Source: an uncultured Thermodesulfobacteriota bacterium
Lineage (GTDB): Bacteria; Desulfobacterota; JBBIRW01
NCBI GenBank assembly: GCA_964505185.1
Contig: CAZDGM010000004.1
Span: 2,054-66,053 of the forward strand
Direction: 5' to 3'
DNA length: 64,000 nucleotides
In this document: positions 59,594-64,000 of the stretch, piece by piece
How positions within the stretch are numbered: position 1 is the first letter of the stretch
Layout of the letters: each line of letters starts with the position of its first letter
Translations under genes and position numbers: made by a program
The notes under the pieces: generated by a model
What the model saw: the letters and a program-made list of their open reading frames with translations, nothing else
Told to the model about the DNA's origin: nothing
Database searches by the model: none

Positions 59594-61315
59594 TTAACCT
59601 CTCCCCTTAGAGGTCATCTTAATAAGTTCATTAAGGGGAAGGGTATTCAATACATCATCCTTTGTCAGCCAGCCTCTCCTCGCTACAGCGATACCAAATT
59701 CCATCAGTTCAAGGTGATTCATGATATGTGCATCCGTATTTATGCAAAGCTTTACACCCAACTCCTTTGCCCTCCTTGAGAGGATATCATTTAAATCCAT
59801 CCTCTGGGGGTAAGCATTTATCTCAAGGGAAATATTCCTCCTCTTCGCCTCTTTCATAATAAGGTCAAAGTCCAGCTCATAAGCCTCCCTTTCTCCAATA
59901 AGCCTTCCTGTGGGATGGGCTATGATATTCACATAGTGGTTAGACATGGCATTCAGGATCCTCTTTGTAAGAACCTCTTTTCCTGCCTTGAACCCATAAT
60001 GGATCGATGCAATAACTATATCAAGCTTCTTTAAAACCTCATCAGGTAGATCAAGTGATCCATCTCCAAGGATGTCAACCTCAATCCCCTTAAGTATCCT
60101 TATCTTTGATTTCCTGTTGAGCCTTTCAATCTCCTCTATCTGCTCCATAACTTCCTCTGGTCCCATCCCCCTTGCAATCCCAAGTGATTTTGTGTGATCT
60201 GCAATCGCTATATATTCGTAACCCTTTTTTTCTGCATATCTGGCAATCTCCTCTATTTCATGAGCACCATCACTCCACTTAGAGTGTATGTGGAGATCCC
60301 CTTTTATATCAGAGAGTTCAATAAGCTGGGGAAGTCTTCCTTCGGCTGCTGCCTCAATCTCGCCCTGATCTTCCCTTAATTCAGGTGGAATCCATTTGAG
60401 TCCGAGTGCTCTGTAAACCTCCTCCTCCTCCTTCCCCGCAATCTTTTTGCCTGTTTTTTCATCGAAAACGCCATATTCACTTATCTTCAGGCCCAGCCTA
60501 TCTGCTATCTGTCTTAGATGTATATTATGATTTTTTGATCCCGTGAAATATTGAAGCGCTGCACCGAAACTTTCAGGCTCAACAACCCTCAGATCAACCT
60601 GAAGTCCATCATGGGTAAGCACGCTGGACTTTGTTGAACCCTTTGCAAGCACATCAGAAACATAAGGAAGAGAAACAAAGTAATCCATGATCTTTTTGGG
60701 ATCATGGGAAATTATGAGTATGTCTACATCCTTTATGGTTTCCTTCATCCTCCTTAGACTTCCCGCTATATTCAACCTCTTTACCTCTTTGAGCGAAAGT
60801 AGTGCCTTTTCAAATTCCCTGGCAATGGGAAGAACCCTTCCGAGGAGCATCCTTTCCCTTCCCTTTTTATAAAGCTCTATACCCTTTCTGATATTCTCCT
60901 CGGTTTTTTCCCTTATCCCTGGAAGTTTACACAGTTTGTGACTTTTTGCAGCCTCTTCCAGTTCTTCTATCGTTTTTATTCCCAGGGATTCATATATGAG
61001 CTTTGCAGTCTTTGGTCCAAGACTCGGTATGGAGAGCATCTGCACAAGTCCTCTGGGGATCTCCTTTTTCAGCCTCTCATAATCCTCAAATGTCCCTCTT
61101 TCTATGATCTCAACAATCTTCTGTGCGAGGTCTTTGCCTATGCCAGGGATCTTTGTAAGCTCGCCCCTTTTTGAAATATCCTCTATATTCTCCGTTAGAT
61201 TCTCTATATTCTGGGCTGCTTTCCTGTAAGCCCTGATCCTGAAAGGGTTCTCATCTTTGATTTCGAGGAGATCAGCAACGTCGTTGAATATCCTTGCAAT
61301 CTCCATGTTTTTCAT
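59594..61315 (-). CDS. polX: family X DNA polymerase (PolX) with C-terminal PHP 3'-5' exonuclease/phosphoesterase domain
   Basis: 8-kDa domain (FRIRAYRKAAQNI); HhH motifs (IPGIGKDLAQKI, LPGIREKT); Pol-beta nucleotidyltransferase (GSLRRMKETIKDVDILI); PHP domain (DLHIHSKWSDGAHEIEEIARYAEKKGYEYIAIADH). Confidence 0.9.
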   Translation of the reverse strand: MKNMEIARIFNDVADLLEIKDENPFRIRAYRKAAQNIENLTENIEDISKRGELTKIPGIGKDLAQKIVEIIERGTFEDYERLKKEIPRGLVQMLSIPSLGPKTAKLIYESLGIKTIEELEEAAKSHKLCKLPGIREKTEENIRKGIELYKKGRERMLLGRVLPIAREFEKALLSLKEVKRLNIAGSLRRMKETIKDVDILIISHDPKKIMDYFVSLPYVSDVLAKGSTKSSVLTHDGLQVDLRVVEPESFGAALQYFTGSKNHNIHLRQIADRLGLKISEYGVFDEKTGKKIAGKEEEEVYRALGLKWIPPELREDQGEIEAAAEGRLPQLIELSDIKGDLHIHSKWSDGAHEIEEIARYAEKKGYEYIAIADHTKSLGIARGMGPEEVMEQIEEIERLNRKSKIRILKGIEVDILGDGSLDLPDEVLKKLDIVIASIHYGFKAGKEVLTKRILNAMSNHYVNIIAHPTGRLIGEREAYELDFDLIMKEAKRRNISLEINAYPQRMDLNDILSRRAKELGVKLCINTDAHIMNHLELMEFGIAVARRGWLTKDDVLNTLPLNELIKMTSKGRG

Positions 61316-61368
61316 GGTCTCACCATGAATAGATTATACTATGGCTTTTCCCCTCCATAAAGTTTCCC

Positions 61369-62589
61369 CTAACATACGGGAAACCTCCCATTTAAAAGCA
61401 TCTCGCAGAAGGATCCTATACGGGAGAGCTCCTCATCGATTATATCCTCACAGCTTCTGGATATCTTTTTAAAACTCGCCCGATCCTTCTTCAATATCTG
61501 TGCCGATGCGATCTTTGGTCGATCAATGGGAGAGCCGATCTGACTGCATAACCACACATATACCTCCCTTATTCCATCCACCTCTTCATATATCCTGTTT
61601 GCAATCTGGTGGGCAAGAATATTGTATATCTTTCCCACATGACTTACAGGATTTTTCCCGGCAGCTGCCTCTGCTCCTGTTGGCCTGTTCAGTGCAATTA
61701 TCCCGTTTACCCTGTTTCCTCTTCCAACCTGACCTGAATCTGCATCTTCAGCTGAGGTCCCAAGGACACTCAGATATACACCCTCAACCCCCCTCCTTTT
61801 CCTGTCAAGGGTATTGAAGTATAGATTGGTATTCCTGAAGTAGCCTTTATTTAAAAGGGTAAAGTTTTTTATCTCCCTCATTACAACCCTTTTCCTCTCG
61901 AAATAATATGCCTCATTCTCGATAAATCTATCTATAAAAGGCATAGCAATGGTAAGGTGAATATCCCTCCCCTCCCTGAATCCCATAACCTTCACATCCT
62001 CACCTGTTTCAGGAAACCTGTTTTTGAACTCTGAAGAATTAAGGAATCTTTCAATCTCCAGAACAAGCTTCTCCGTCGGTGTAAGCGGTGCATAACCAAC
62101 AGCAGCTGATGTATCATTGGATCCATACAATCCCTTCCTATCCTTTTTGAATAAAGATGTAAGTTCCGCTGATCCCGGTTTCAACTCAACCTGATAACGG
62201 ACATGCTCTTCAGGATCAACAAACCTTAAATTCTTTCTTATCCAGTCCTTTGCAGTTTCAATTGTGATCTCCTCCACCGCTATCACTTTTCCATCCACCC
62301 TGATCGTTGCTCTATCACCTATTATAATCTTCATAGGCTCTATAACCCTTCCACCACCAAATCTTCTCTCCACACCACCTGCAACAAGAAGCCCCTTGTC
62401 TATGTTAAAATGGCACATACCCCCTGTGAGTCGTAAATACTCGCGTGAAAGTGCCCTTGAGACCTCCTCCATTATGGAATCACATATGAAATCAGGATGA
62501 CCAAGGCCCTTGCGCTCAACTATCTCAACCTTCTGTTCTTCAATCGGGATTGACTTCAGTTCTTCCACAATTATCTTCCTTACACCCAT
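61369..62589 (-). CDS. archaeal-type S-adenosylmethionine synthetase (MAT, PF01941-type)
   Basis: ERKGLGHPDFICDSI, NDTSAAVGYAPLTPTEKLVLEIERFLNS, GEDVKVMG, VYLSVLGTSAEDADSGQVGRGNRVNG, GKNPVSHVGKIYNILAHQIA are near-identical to M. jannaschii MAT motifs. Start placed at MGVRKIIVEE, preceded by GGAGAGGGGAAGG; the ORF-track start at 62604 sits inside that RBS. Confidence 0.9.
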   Translation of the reverse strand: MGVRKIIVEELKSIPIEEQKVEIVERKGLGHPDFICDSIMEEVSRALSREYLRLTGGMCHFNIDKGLLVAGGVERRFGGGRVIEPMKIIIGDRATIRVDGKVIAVEEITIETAKDWIRKNLRFVDPEEHVRYQVELKPGSAELTSLFKKDRKGLYGSNDTSAAVGYAPLTPTEKLVLEIERFLNSSEFKNRFPETGEDVKVMGFREGRDIHLTIAMPFIDRFIENEAYYFERKRVVMREIKNFTLLNKGYFRNTNLYFNTLDRKRRGVEGVYLSVLGTSAEDADSGQVGRGNRVNGIIALNRPTGAEAAAGKNPVSHVGKIYNILAHQIANRIYEEVDGIREVYVWLCSQIGSPIDRPKIASAQILKKDRASFKKISRSCEDIIDEELSRIGSFCEMLLNGRFPVC

Positions 62590-62746
62590 CCTTCCCCTCT
62601 CCATTTTCTTTTTTTCTCTTCTGGATTGCCTGCTGGGCTATACAGTCCCCATCCGTTGGATCACAACCCTTCTTTCTCAATTCACACCATCCATCCATGC
62701 TATACTTGCAATACATCTATTCCTTTTTACCACAAAAAGGGTTCAA

Positions 62747-64000
62747 CTATAAACCCCTTATTTTCTTTTTCAATTCCCTCAGCAAGTCGATATCCCATCC
62801 AGATTTTCTGCAGCATAAGATGGAATTGTTATGAAAAAGGGGCTCCTCCTCAATGGGAAATGGTGATGCAGCAACAGCCTCTTTCCACATCTCCGTTCCC
62901 GGAATGGGTGAGTATTCAGCAAGCATCGGTTTTGCACCGCAGGTATGAACGAATACGGCTGTATCGAGAACCTCACGGGAGTGCTGTCCTGGAAGACCGC
63001 ACATTATATAAACCCCTATATCATCCCTCCTGTATCCAGCTTTTCTAAGGGATTTTACGCAATCAATGAACTCACTCTCCGTTACCTTCGCTCCTTTTCT
63101 CTCATGCCACTCATCATCTCTTACCTCAAATCCAAGTCTTATGGTTTTGAATCCTGAAAGATAAAGTAACCGAGCAATCTCCTCATCTATAAATCTTATA
63201 TGAAGCCCGTTGGGACAGTGAAACCTGAGTTGAAGATTCCTTTTGATTATCTCTTTGAGTAAGGGAACAACATATTCATATGCATTAACAAGGAGTGCAT
63301 CATCGTAGAACACAAAATCAAGGCAGCCAAACCTGTTATGCCAGTAAAGGACCTCCTTTAAAACATTCTCAGGGGATCTTCTTTTAAATGAAGGGAAGAG
63401 CATATTGGAGGCGCAGTAAGAACATTGGAATGGACAGCCTCTTGAGGTTATGACAGTGATATAATTGATCCTCCTCAAGAGATCAAAGGCGGGGTATGGA
63501 AGGGTATCCGGTGAAAGCGCATCGGGAACAAAATCAGGTTCAATCTTGAATAACTCCTTAATTATCTGTAGAATTGCATTTTCCCCATAGCCCTTAACAA
63601 TATAATCAGCTCCGGAATATTTGAGCGCATGCTCATAGCAGAGTGTTGCATATATCCCACCCAGTACCACAGGTATCCCTGGAAAGTTTCTCTTAAGGAT
63701 TGATATAGCCTCAAAAACGCCCTGATACCAGTATGTCATCCCGGATGTGACAAGAATAAGGTCAGGTGAAGGGGACATATTTAACTCCTTGATAAATAGG
63801 TCCTCTGGAAGACCAAACCTCTTGTATCTCCTTGGTATTGATGAAAGCTTTTCGGGCTTCTTTACCTCTGTCCAGAAGAACTCCCCTCTGCCATCATACC
63901 TTCTCTTAATCGGTTTTCTCTTATAAAGGTCCAGGGAAGGGTGGTGTATATCCAGTGCATCTATAAAGGTGATTGTAAAGCCATTCTCTCTTAAAATGGA
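62747..64000 (-). CDS. B12-binding-domain radical SAM protein (N-terminus lies beyond the window end)
   Basis: Radical-SAM motif TSRGCPFQCSYCAS. The reading frame stays open from 63779 to 64000 with no stop (ENGFTITFIDALD... is B12-binding-domain-like), so the Met at 63778 is internal. Confidence 0.8.
   Translation of the reverse strand, partial: SILRENGFTITFIDALDIHHPSLDLYKRKPIKRRYDGRGEFFWTEVKKPEKLSSIPRRYKRFGLPEDLFIKELNMSPSPDLILVTSGMTYWYQGVFEAISILKRNFPGIPVVLGGIYATLCYEHALKYSGADYIVKGYGENAILQIIKELFKIEPDFVPDALSPDTLPYPAFDLLRRINYITVITSRGCPFQCSYCASNMLFPSFKRRSPENVLKEVLYWHNRFGCLDFVFYDDALLVNAYEYVVPLLKEIIKRNLQLRFHCPNGLHIRFIDEEIARLLYLSGFKTIRLGFEVRDDEWHERKGAKVTESEFIDCVKSLRKAGYRRDDIGVYIMCGLPGQHSREVLDTAVFVHTCGAKPMLAEYSPIPGTEMWKEAVAASPFPIEEEPLFHNNSILCCRKSGWDIDLLRELKKKIRGL

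Overview
This is a 64 kb bacterial chromosomal segment, about 40% GC. Protein composition suggests a thermophilic, probably anaerobic, Gram-negative-type organism: LPS heptose GmhA, PpiD, Slt, ArnT-like, many radical-SAM enzymes and Lys/Glu-rich proteins. I call about 65 CDS and one tRNA-Ala(GGC). No rRNA, CRISPR array, IS element or transposase was seen.

Ordinary blocks:
- The cell-shape operon mreB-mreC-mreD-mrdA(PBP2)-rodA.
- Peptidoglycan recycling genes: AnmK, AmgK-like kinase, MurU-like nucleotidyltransferase, NagZ and an Slt70-like lytic transglycosylase.
- A sensor kinase and sigma-54 (NtrC-type) response regulator pair that overlaps ArnT-like (GT39) and ArnC-like (GT2) genes.
- System II cytochrome c biogenesis (ResB/CcsA) and an ABC-2 exporter with a HlyD adaptor.
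- Housekeeping genes: enolase, CCA-adding enzyme, LpdA, CutA, HU, Crp/Fnr, UvrD/PcrA, and others.

The most unusual part is a tightly packed run of minus-strand genes from about 64000 down to 53486. In transcription order it encodes a B12-binding radical-SAM enzyme, an archaeal-type SAM synthetase, a family-X DNA polymerase (PolX), an EF-Tu-domain-2-like protein, an endonuclease Q (EndoQ) homologue, a PFL-AE-like radical-SAM enzyme, a Clp1-family polynucleotide 5'-kinase, a Nudix hydrolase, a DUF72 protein, and an eRF1/Pelota-like (baeRF-type) protein with a Zn ribbon. The last of these sits directly upstream of the HlyD/ABC exporter genes. This looks like an undescribed nucleic-acid end-healing and excision-repair module, possibly coupled to a ribosome-rescue-type factor.

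Other notable items are a second AmmeMemoRadiSam-type radical-SAM paralogue in an operon with a non-canonical Cx4Cx2C radical-SAM protein, a 26-aa Lys-rich micro-ORF with a strong RBS and its own terminator, a DUF62 SAM hydroxide adenosyltransferase, and a tRNA-Ala flanked by a CI-repressor-like gene and an AbiEi-like HTH fragment (possible integrated-element remnant).
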